Below, in pieces: positions 24,920 through 35,504 of a stretch of 64,000 nucleotides of DNA (position 1 is its first letter; each line of letters begins with the position of its first letter). The stretch is from assembly GCA_964016885.1 (NCBI GenBank), contig OZ024745.1, forward strand, positions 75,082,001 to 75,146,000. Reading direction: 5' to 3'. The notes beneath the pieces are model-generated. The model did no database searches, was not told the origin of the DNA, and saw only the letters and a list, made by a program, of their open reading frames with translations. This DNA is from Eledone cirrhosa (taxonomy: Eukaryota). A program made the translations under genes and the position numbers.

Positions 24920-25499
24920 TTAATCCACTGTGTTACTAATTGTGACAGACTGCTGGCTTGCAAACACTCAATAATTATCTCTAACATTTAACAAAAATAA
25001 AATCACAATTCAAAAAGTATTATCTACATCTATATGTTGTCACTACAAGATAAAACATCCCATTTTTAGCTTAGTAGATTGAACTTAAAAAAAAAAACTT
25101 TGTTAGTTTTTTTGTTTTTATTTCTCTATATCTTTTATTCTAAGATTTTGTTTTGTTTGAATTTTTACTGCTATACATAAACATTGATAATAGTCACTGC
25201 ACTTTTCTTAAATTGGATTAGTTCTTATCATTATATGTAGTTTATGTTGTTGTTCAATCCCTCTGAGGTTAGCTTTGCCTCTCATCCTTACGGGGTCGAT
25301 AAAACAGAGCACCAGTAATGCACTGGGGTAGATTTAATCGACTTACTCTCCCCTAAAATTGTTGGCCTTGTGCCTAAATCAGAAACCATTATTATTATTG
25401 TTATTCTGTAATTTTCAGAGAAGTAGCGTCAGTGTTTCTATAGACTTTGATCATTGAACATGAAGACACTGGCAGCATTTTCAAATATTCAGCCCCTAC

Positions 25500-25690
25500 C
25501 TTAAGGTTCTATCTAGCTGTATCAAAGAGGCATGCTTTCTGTAATGTTGAAGGTTTATTAAGCTAACTGTAGAAAGCCATTTGGTGATATTTTTAGATAC
25601 TGTACCTAGTGATCCTATCATATCAGGAATTGCTATTATCTGTCTACACTTTCCACTTTAGATCTTGGTATTTATTTATCTTCTTTGTAT
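25500..25690 (-). mobile_element. Relic of an R4/Dong-like REL retrotransposon C-terminus
   Basis: Broken frames give KYQDLKWKV..IPDMIGSLGTVSK..LQKACLFDTAR, typical of REL endonuclease ends. Confidence 0.6.
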
Positions 25691-26112
25691 ATTTTTAAAG
25701 GTTTCCACAATAAATATGATGACTACTCACTCTTCTAATATCCTATCAAATGTCAACATGGACCTTAAACAGACAGATTTTTTTAGTATGGTGCCCAATA
25801 AAGCAGTCTTTGAAGGAGAACAATCTACGTTTCAAGATCTATTCGCTCAAGATACTCTCTCAGTTTTAATGTTATTGAGCTCAAAGCTCATATGACAACA
25901 GGAATTATCTTGATGTTCTGTGATGATATTGGCAGCATTATTGTCTATACAATCCCGCCTAGGTTAACTTTGCCTTTCATCCTTACGGGGTCGATAAAAT
26001 AAAGTACCAGTAATGCACTGGGATAATTGCTAGCCTTGTGCCAAAAGTAGAAACAATTATTGTCTATACAATCTTCGAGTCAGTAGAGTTGGTTATTTTT
26101 CAGTTTCTTTAA

Positions 26113-26345
26113 CTTTTAACATTCTCTACCACATTACTCTATATTTACTATTTTATTTTCATGGTAATTATCTCTTAATTATCTCACAAAATATTGAATC
26201 TATGATTTTGATACTATTTATTTTCAGAACAATACCTAACCCTAACTGGCCGCTCATACTGACATTAGTCAGTATGAGCGGCCAGTTACAGCCGGTTTGA
26301 AGAGAAAGAGGTGAGAGAATTCTGGCCGGTTTAAATGCTAAAGGG
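26113..26345. mobile_element. TTAA-flanked MITE (family B)
   Basis: Ends in aatgctaaaggg|TTAA; body matches 49301-49512. Confidence 0.75.
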
Positions 26346-26469
26346 TTAACATAACATTCTTGAAAAGTACAAAACAGCCCCATTACTGCACTACATTAAA
26401 AATTAAGATCTTTACTGCGAATTTTCATAAATAACCATCCACTAATAAAGATATTAGGTTGGATACAAT

Positions 26470-26845
26470 GTTCTCTCTTCTTCTTCCTCACCCACTTATT
26501 CCTAAGAGGGTCATGGAGGTAGAGTCCTCAAACACTCCTTTCAGAAGCAACCATCTCCAACTGATCTGGCTGGATCTCCAATCAAGACCAGCCAAACTCA
26601 TGGATGTTATCCAACCATCTTGCTCAGGGTCTACCCCTGGGTCTCCTGCCAGTTGGCTTTGCCTGTAAAATCTGCACAGCAATTCTTTCCTGAGACAATC
26701 TAACCACAATCCAATAGTACTAGAGCTGTGATCTCTTAATTAGGAGAAGTAGCAGCTCTACCTGGAGTGACTCTCTGATCTCTGAGCTATGCACTCTACT
26801 GAGTAACGTTACTCCAAAGAACCTTCAGAGGAACCCATTTCAGTG
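26470..26845 (-). mobile_element. RTE family D 3' fragment
   Basis: Reverse-complement similarity to 8215-8590. Confidence 0.8.
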
Positions 26846-27299
26846 AATGTTCTTGCTGTTTTTCAAATTTTTATTAACTTTAGCATTTTGTAATTAGGAA
26901 AATTCTACAAGTCAAAATAATCGCCATCATTTGTGATTACCATCTGCCATCCTTTAGCAAGGCACATAATTCCACCTTTGTAGAATTCTTCTAGCTTCTG
27001 GTGCCGAAACCAGAAGCCGTTATTGTTTTGCCCACTGCAAATGGCAATTTCCCCTAGCTCCACTTAGAAAATATTTTCTTCCAGGATCACCATATGTTAC
27101 CATTAAGTGGTTTTAGAACACTGGTAGTTTATTTATTTACATAAAATGTAAAGAGCTAGAATAAATACCATATTTGATTTTTTTTTGTTCTTAAGCATTT
27201 TTGAATTATCTCTAAAGTAGTCTGCACCAAATATGTGCAGAATGGACCATCAAACCAATAGTTAGAATATTGTCACTTTCTTCAAAGACATGGTTTCAT

Positions 27300-27520
27300 C
27301 AGCTCATAGGACTCACATGAGAGAGAGCGAGACTCTTTTCTATCTTTTAATTTTTTTAACCATTTCTTCTGCAATCCCATTTGATTGCAAGTGATGTGGG
27401 GGTGATTTGTAAGGACTGCCAACAATAGCTTGGAACAAAGAATATTGTTATGAAATTCATGGGCGTTGTCTGATTTTTGGTACACCCTTCCCAAAGAAAA
27501 TTACTCATAAAACCCGTTTT
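27300..27520 (-). mobile_element. LTR-retrotransposon (Gypsy-like) integrase relic
   Basis: Broken frames give GVPKI/SDNAHEF and SPPHHLQSNGIAEEMVKKIK, i.e. the SDNG..F and QSNG.AE motifs of DDE integrases. Confidence 0.6.
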
Positions 27521-27889
27521 ATAACTGACCTATTCATAAGGTTTGGCAATTTACAATATTCAAAATATAATGGGGTGTATATTTCCTTTTATCTTCAACA
27601 TAAGGCACAATCGATTCTTGTACTATTAATATTTTATACATTGGGAAATACCTTTTTTCCTCCTAACTTTCTTAATATATATTTTTCAAGGAAAGTTTGC
27701 AGATTTACATTTAGAAAGATGCAGATTATAATTATGTATATCAAATTTTATTTATTTTCTTTTTCAATTCAAAGTTGATACTATTCGTTTTCAACATAAA
27801 ATTGGAAAGCATGACGAAAAATGTCTGAGTTTATGTTTAGCCAACTACAAACACAAATCAAAAATATTAAAGAATGGAAGCGTACAATA

Positions 27890-28092
27890 ACGATTTAGGC
27901 ACAAGACCAACAATTTTGAGGGAAATGTCGATGAAATAAATCCCAGTGCATTACTGATACATTATTTTATCGACTCCGAAAGGACGAAAGGCAAAGTTAA
28001 CCTCGGTGAGATTTGAACTAATAATGTAAAGGACCATAAACTATGCCCTAAAGCATGTTGTTCGATGCTCTAGCGATACTGCCAATTCACAA
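27890..28092 (-). mobile_element. SINE family 2
   Basis: Reverse complement of the family-2 core (gaaaggcaaagttaacctcgg..atttgaact). Confidence 0.75.
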
Positions 28093-28119
28093 ACATACAA
28101 TAACGAAAGGATTTTTATA

Positions 28120-28651
28120 AAGGATGACAGCTGTATAAAAAGGTGCAGAGGGGGTGGGGCTCAAGGTTGATGGAAGCTATGGTATAGGAAGACCTAGGAA
28201 AACTTGGGATGAGCTGACCTCGCACAATTGCACCTCTCGAAGACGATAACACACGATCGAGATCTCTGGCGTTATGCAGTAACACAGAAGAGCCGCCTTC
28301 CCATGTGCACTGATTGAATCATACATCTTTTATGCACTACCTTCCCCCTCCCATACCCTAACACTACCCCTAGATCTACCTCTCTAATCCCCAGCCCACA
28401 CTGTAAAGTGGTCGTGTAGGTGAGACGACAAAAAGCGCCCAGCACACACTGTAAAGTGGTTGTGTGGGTGACATGATAAAAAGCACCCGTCACACACTGT
28501 AAGTGTGGTTGGTGTTAGGAAGGGCATGCAGCCGGGAGAAACCAAACCAAAACCAGTCCTGTATGATATGTCATGGTCATCGGACCTGGCTAGTCTCACA
28601 ACGGGACAACTCGTCTAACCCATGGTAGCGTGGAAAATGGACGTTAAACAG

Positions 28652-28655
<4 letters not shown>
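28120..28655 (+). mobile_element. RTE 3' fragment
   Basis: KDDSCIKRCR..GRPRKTWDE, 3' UTR with two 48-bp modules and a terminal stem-loop/ggacgttaaa. Confidence 0.85.
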
Positions 28656-28682
<27 letters not shown>

Positions 28683-28734
28683 ACCAAAGATTAATATGGT
28701 TCGTTGATTACTCAATGAATACAATTTTACAATA

Positions 28735-30588
28735 GATATGGTCACCCGGATAGTAAACCAAGTCATACAGAATGGGGTCGTTCCGAAGGACTGGCGTAGC
28801 AGCATCATCATTAACTGCTGCAAGGGTAAAGGAGATGCCCTAGATAGGGGAAACTATAGAGGCATTAAATTAATTGACTAGGTCATGAAGGTCACAGAAA
28901 AAGTAATAGCGCAACTAATCAGAGAGCGAATTGATCTAGATGAAATGCAGTTCAGGTTTGTGTCAGGTAAAAGTCCCACAGACGCTCTTTTCATTGTACG
29001 ACAACTACAGGAGAAGTACCTAGCTAAAAGTAAACCCCTATACTTAGCTTTTGTTGACTTGGAGAAAGCCTTTAACAGAGTCCCACGCCCCATTATCTGG
29101 TGGGCTCTTAGAAAACTAGGTGTTGATGAATGGCTTGTGAGAGCTATACAAGCCATGTATAAAGAAACAGTCAGCAAGGTTAGAATTAACAACGAATATA
29201 GTGAAGAGTTTAGCGTAAAAGTTGTTCATCAGGGCTCCGTCCTTAGCCCCCTCCTATTTATTATTGCCCTTCAGGCTATAACAGAGGAGTTCAAGACCGG
29301 CTGCCCATGGGAACTCCTATACGCAGATGATCTAACGCTCATTGCTGAATCAATGGCTGAACTAGAGAAGAAATTCCAAACATGGAAGCATGGCCTAGAA
29401 TCAAAAGGCCTTAAAATTAACCTGTTTAAGACTAAAGTTCTAGTTTGTAGGAAGGAAAATAGGGCACTGGTCCCATCTGGGCAATGGCCATGCTCAGTGT
29501 GTAGGAAAGGAGTAGGCAGAAACTCCATTTCATGTCCCAAATGCAAAGTATGGGTGCATAAAACATGTAGTGGGATCACAGGTAAGCTAACTAAGAATAT
29601 AGATTTTATAGGTGCAGCAAGTGCCCACAGAATACTAGCTCATTCCATTTGCACAGATGGTTCTATAGAAATAGTGGACACCTTCCGTTACCTGGGCGAC
29701 AAAATCAGCAGTGGTGGAGGGTGCTCTGAAAGTACAGTAGCCAGAGTCAGAACGGGGTGGAAAAAGTTCAGAGAGTTTATACCACTATTGGCCGCTAAAG
29801 GTTTCTCTCTAAAAATGAAAGGCAGGCTGTATGATGCCTGCATACGAACAGCAATGTTACATGGCAGTGAGACTTGAGCATTGTGTGCAGAGGATATACG
29901 CAGACTGGAGAGGAACGAAGCTTGCATGGTCCGTTGCATGTGTAATAGTAATATACGTGAACGGCAAAGCATAAATGAACTAAGGGAGAAATTATGAATA
30001 AGAGGGATCAGATGTTTACTCGAGAGAAGACTACATTGGTATGGTCACGTGATGCGCATGAAAGACGACAGCTGTATAAAAAAGTGCAGGGCGATAAAAG
30101 TAGACAGTAGCCCCAGAGTAGGCAGACCCAGAAAAACCTGGGAGGACTTGATAAATTCCGACCTCACACACTTATACCTCTCCAAGACAATGTCACTGGA
30201 CCGAGATCTTTGGCGCTACACAGTAATACAGAAGACCCGCCTTACCTAAGTACAAAGCGAAACTTACAGTCACTAGGCACCTCTTAACAAAAATACAACC
30301 CCGTCCCACTACGCCCACCCCATCCACACCACCCCCTTCGATGTAAAGTTATGTTGGTTGGTACCACAACATCCAGTCCGAAATAAATGAGGTCGTGTAG
30401 GTGTCACGACAAAAAAACACACAGTCCACACTAAACGTGGTTGGTGTTAGGAAGGGCATCCAGCCGTAGAAAACCCGCCAGACAGTCCTATACGAGCAAG
30501 ACAACCAATCTTGCCTCAAGTGGGAAAATTCCCGTCTAAACCCATGCAAGCGTGGAAGATGGACGTTAAACGATGATGATGATGATGA
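28735..30588 (+). mobile_element. 5'-truncated RTE (subfamily A-related) with nonsense mutations
   Basis: ORF 28885-29877 with FVDLEKAF, YADD and a partly deleted PHD; (ATG)n tail at 30572-30588. Confidence 0.92.
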
Positions 30589-30640
30589 TTAAAAGCACTC
30601 ATTAGAAAAAGTTTTCCTGGAGTTTTTAATATTATTCAAA

Positions 30641-30912
30641 ATATTCACATAATCAAAATATATGCTTTATTAGGTACAAAGGTACTGAGTTGTTTTTCAG
30701 TACGTCATCATCAGATAAAATATATGATTTGATATACGACATACCGCTACGGTCTTGATTATACAATTCATACTGGAATTGTATAATCAAGACCGTAGCG
30801 GTATGTCATATATCAAATCATATATTTTATCTGATGAAGACGTACTGAAAAACAACAACACAGTACCTTTGAAATATATATAATAAAGCATATATTTTGA
30901 TCATGTGAATAT
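30641..30912. repeat. Imperfect fold-back palindrome (6-nt loop at 30770-30775) made of two hammerhead-bearing arms
   Basis: Inner ~80-bp arms are nearly perfect; outer arms 30641-30672 and 30881-30912 also pair. Confidence 0.9.
30820..30892 (+). ncRNA. Type I minimal hammerhead ribozyme
   Basis: tatattttat-CTGATGA(30831)-agacGTACTG..CAGTACcttt-GAAA(30871)-tatata-TA|ataaagcata. Stems I and II pair; stem III is a short self-complementary segment. Confidence 0.8.
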
Positions 30913-30964
30913 CTTTCATTTGTTAATATTTTGAATATATATAACATTTATATATATGTGGGCA

Positions 30965-31290
30965 TGCCCACAAAGTTAGAAAACAGCACAGTTCCCATGA
31001 CTTTCGGAAACATTTTTTCACGCTCAGAGTTGCTGAAGCATGGAACAAACTACCTGCATCAGTTGTTAGCTGTCGAGACACTGCATCCTTTAAAACCTCC
31101 ATGCTTCCTGAGATTCGCCAACACTACACCTAATGTTCCCCCTCCATACACATACATGTATATCATGACTCATTCACTATTCACATCCCTGACATTTGTG
31201 TATTATTCTATGTATTAATACATGCACATTTGACGAGTTGTAGTGCACCTGAGCACTTTACACAATAATTTCATTATTATTAGTATTAAT
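30965..31290 (+). mobile_element. CR1/L2-type LINE 3' end
   Basis: HKVRKQHSSHDFRKHFFTLRVAEAWNKLPASVVSC..ASFK followed by an (ATT)n-like tail. Confidence 0.75.
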
Positions 31291-32170
31291 ATAACATTTT
31301 ATTAAAAAAATATTGGATAATTTTGAAATAAAAGAGAATTTACAAAACCAACATTTATATAGAAATATATTTATATATCATTCATGTATACAAAATAAAG
31401 TTTATGAATATATTTGGATTTTATGCTATTTAAATATAGATTAACAAAAACAGTTAACATTTTAAAAAGTGAAACAGTATACAAATAATCAGAATGTAAC
31501 AGGTGTTTGAGGAATAGTGGTGGGAAAAATATTAAAGTTTTTAAAATAAGTTGTGTTATTTCTCATAACCAAATCTGCCATAAATGTTAACAGAATTTTA
31601 TAAAAAAAAAAAACAAAAAAAAAAAAACAATAATACCCACTTACATCTGATTTGTTTTAAATAGTAAAAATAGTTCAACAATTATATATAAAAACAATAT
31701 AAAGAAACAAACATTTTTTCATCAAACGTCCATGTCCAGCATAGCCAGTATATTTAAGTATACTGCCGAAAAGAGCATGACTGAGTGGATGGTTTTCACA
31801 AACTCTAATTTTATATTGACGAGGTTATAGGGAATATTCGCCATAAACCCATTAGCTCACAATTACTCATTGAAAGAGATATGGTTTCAACGTGTATCGA
31901 GCAAAACTTGTCTCAGAGTGCTAACCATGTGTATATTCGTAAATGTGGCATTTGCTTATTCAATTTGTAATCTTCCTGAAGTGTGTACATCCGTTAAACC
32001 TAACACTTGTAATCCAATAACTTTCCTTGGTCTTATGTCTTTGTAACTTCTTATTAAATCAGGTGACTTTATGACAAATTATAATTCAAAGCTATTAAAA
32101 CAACAAACAAGAAAATACAGCTTGTTTAGTAGAAAGTTTTAAAATAAACCAGTGTTCGGTGAAGTGACAG

Positions 32171-33610
32171 CTACGAATTAAGAGACCAGTCATATGGTAG
32201 ATACACTATAGTCACTTTACCATCGTCAATTATTTTCTTCAAGTTAGATTTTTTCTCTCCCGTTCTCAACACTTGCAAAATCCATTCAAGTAACCCTTTA
32301 TCGGTGTTGGCGAAATCTTTCTTGAACCACTTAAATATAGAAGATAACTTCACCTGTTTCTTTTCAACGTCAATAATAAAATTTTCGTCATTTTCTAAAA
32401 ATACTTCTGCAGCTTGTTGGAGTTGAATATGAACTTCTTCGGCCGAGTAAACAGAAATTGGTGGACAGCTACTAGCCCTACACACCAATGCGAAATGAAT
32501 GTAAGGGTTTATCTCGGGCATAGCTACCCTAAGACGCGGATCAGTCTTTTGGAACGGTTTCGATATCATACCTATTCCAATTTCATTAGCTCTAAGTACA
32601 CCGTTTTCTATTTCCTGAAGGGAATACGAATAACCACCTATTATGTAACAGGTTTTATTGAAGAAATTGTAGCGTGTCAAAATGTTAGTCGGAGGTCCAA
32701 AATGAATAATTCCATGAATCACAAGAGCATTGTAAATGTTGATGAAAAAGGCAAGTTTCTGGTCGTCACTTTTATTTCCAAACTGTACACGCTGTAGCTG
32801 AAGAGTCAGTTTTTCATATTGTTTGAATTCGTTGCTATTTTCAATACTTTTGTAATCGACAACTTTACCGTTAGCAGAGAGGTAAGAGTTGAATATAGCC
32901 GATATCTGGAGACGTAATTTTTTCCCGAGACTGTCTATAGTCGTTGGTTTACAAAAAGAAATAGGCTTAGCATTCAATGCCGAGCTGGACACATCTTCGA
33001 GCAACATATAGTATGTGTCGTCACGGTGAAGCCAACCGGCATTTGTGACTTGACGACAGAAATGGTGATTCAGCAAGACTTTACACAATCTTAGGGCTTC
33101 CTGGTGGTCTGTATTTTTGGTTCTCGTCACCCAGTCGACAAAATCTTTTTTACTAAACAATTTTTTAATCTTACACAGACCATGCCAACGATATGTGATT
33201 ATTCCGCTTTTTTTCAAATCGTTCACCAAATCGAAATATTCATCTTTCTCGCAGTTGATATCGTTCGAAATCCCATTTTCTAAATCAGATTCCGGACACG
33301 GAATATTGAGCGCTTCTTCGCTCAAGGGGTTGTTTTTGACAAGTTCAATTAATTCTGCTAGGCGTTTATCATCTGACATAAGAGTTTTCAGGTCATTATA
33401 GTTGCCGATATGAACGTCGTTGAAAAATATTTGAGGGACACTTTTCTTTTTCAGATTAGCAAACATCCAGTCTTTGCATTGAGTGTAAACGTCAACGTTG
33501 ACTGTAACATGTGGTAGTTGGAGTTTTTCCAAAAGTCGTTTGGCTTGAATGCAATGTAGACAGCCATTAATGCTATAGACTAAAATACGGCCTTTCAATT
33601 CCGTTACCAT
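32171..33610 (-). CDS. Glutaredoxin-DEP-DUF547 domain protein (479 aa, single coding exon)
   Basis: ATG at 33610. Grx motifs GCLHC and SVPQIFFNDVHIG. DEP-like FSKKDFVDWV..EALRLCKVLL..YYML. DUF547 motifs LAFFINIYNALVIHG, SLQEIENGVLR, IHFALVC.ASSCPP, LSSIFKWF..DF, YLPYDWSLN. Confidence 0.92.
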   Translation of the reverse strand: MVTELKGRILVYSINGCLHCIQAKRLLEKLQLPHVTVNVDVYTQCKDWMFANLKKKSVPQIFFNDVHIGNYNDLKTLMSDDKRLAELIELVKNNPLSEEALNIPCPESDLENGISNDINCEKDEYFDLVNDLKKSGIITYRWHGLCKIKKLFSKKDFVDWVTRTKNTDHQEALRLCKVLLNHHFCRQVTNAGWLHRDDTYYMLLEDVSSSALNAKPISFCKPTTIDSLGKKLRLQISAIFNSYLSANGKVVDYKSIENSNEFKQYEKLTLQLQRVQFGNKSDDQKLAFFINIYNALVIHGIIHFGPPTNILTRYNFFNKTCYIIGGYSYSLQEIENGVLRANEIGIGMISKPFQKTDPRLRVAMPEINPYIHFALVCRASSCPPISVYSAEEVHIQLQQAAEVFLENDENFIIDVEKKQVKLSSIFKWFKKDFANTDKGLLEWILQVLRTGEKKSNLKKIIDDGKVTIVYLPYDWSLNS

Positions 33611-33761
33611 TTTAACGAACTGACAGAACAAGCAAGGTGCGGCTGCGTTGTGCAAGGGAGATCACTCCGTCTGACTAGAGAGAAAGTGGAAGTTGACACT
33701 GTCCATACAAAGGTGTGTCACTGTTTACGTTTACAATATGGCAGCCACTAGTTCGGTGAGT
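33611..33761. promoter_or_regulatory. Candidate bidirectional promoter plus first coding mini-exon (MAATSS) of a + strand gene
   Basis: YY1-like CAATATGGCAGCC overlaps ATG 33738; consensus donor GTGAGT at 33756-33761; 127 bp separate this ATG from the DUF547 ATG. Confidence 0.4.
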
Positions 33762-33936
33762 AATTACTCCAGTCATGCCTATAGCTCTTATTTACTTAAA
33801 AGACCCGCCCACCCCTCTTATTTTAGGTACTTCTTACTTACGGTTAACCTTATCGCATTTATTACACTCAATTTAATTGTATTTCATTTTGTAATAATTT
33901 TTCTCCCTGTGTACCGTGTACATATATATATTACAT

Positions 33937-33979
<43 letters not shown>

Positions 33980-35504
33980 ATTGAAGTTTTTGTTACGTTC
34001 TTCACCGAACCCCTACTATGTATTATGTTTTATCTGTAGCGTGTCTATGTCTGTGAGTTCCTCCAAAGTTCATGCCGCGTGTCAGTCCGTTGCTGATAAA
34101 TATTAATAACTCGAGTAAGACATGGATGAATTCCACACAACCCCACTATCCTCTCATAATTTCTAGGCTGTGAATGAATTTCAGTCAGAAAACTGTGAGT
34201 TTCGTATGATATTATCACTTTTTCTAAGTTCTTTTTGTCCTTCTTTTTTCCGCTCCACGTCTTATCAGTTCATTGATTTGTCATATTTCTCGCACAGAAG
34301 AAAAATCAGAAAAATCGAACATTGATCTTTGTTCGAATAAAATCTTGGACAACAATTTGTAAACAGGTATCATTGACAATAGATATCGAAATAAGAATAT
34401 TAAAATATTTCACCAGTTCAGCAGATTGATTTTGCATTCGTCGATCGAGCGCGCGCGTATATATAACATAACTTGACAAAATTGCTAATCTGGTCTCTGT
34501 AGGCTTTACATGCTGGAAACGATGTGTTCAGTTTCCTAGGCTCCTGTATACATGTTCTACATAAGTCATCTATGCAGATCACAAATTGGTGGTCTGAATA
34601 TGTGACTGTTTGTAATTGAGACGTTCTGTACTATCTCTATTTGCTAACCTAATGAAAAACCTATTTAGATACGATCTAAAAGACCCTGTGATTGCTCCAA
34701 ATCCACACTGGCACATTTGGAAAATCTAGTCAGATAGTTGGAACCGTCTGATGAGTTTTTCGAGATTCTTTATCGGTTAACCCCACAGAGTCCCTTTGTG
34801 TATCCAAGCTGCCATTTCAATCTCCCATGAATGGTAAGACGTTCTGGGGAATACCTCTAGACGTAGACGCCTAAGAAAGCAGGCCATTCTAATCCTGTTG
34901 GGGCATAAGCAGCTACCAGTCTGAAGGCGACACAACACCACCTCTGTTTCATTAACAGCTCGGCCCAATGAGATATTATCACAGCTACCTGTCTGAAGGT
35001 AACACAGCACCTTTGCTGCTTCAAGTTTTGAGAATTAGTGTTAAACACTACAAAGACCCTGGAAACTGCCCTCTCTTCTAGATCACACTATGAGAAAATG
35101 TTGGACTAATTCGTCCAGTGCATCTCCTTCACTATCCTCTGGGGTTACACCTTTGCAATTCTGTCTACTGAGACAATGAAGCAACGCCCACTTCAGGTTT
35201 TGCACTTCAGAAAGGCAGAAAGAGCAAACAAAAGAATGTGACATCCTTTCATTAACTGATTTGGGCTGTTACAGTTTGCTACTAATATATATATATATAT
35301 ACATAGATAGATATACGAGGTATTTTTACCAAAACTGCTACTGTACTCACCGAATAACTATTATGTGTGCACTCTGAACATCGAGATGCAGTTTCACAAC
35401 CACAAGCTTATTGTTTCATTGAGTGAGTGGGTCATGGCTGGAGGTCTCTGAAATAACTTCGGTGACTTTCGTAAACTGTATATATATATATATATTTTTT
35501 TTTT

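Noticed and set aside
33611-33655. N-terminal extension of the DUF547 protein given in the ORF track
   Set aside because: It starts at TTG; the first ATG is at 33610, directly before the glutaredoxin domain.
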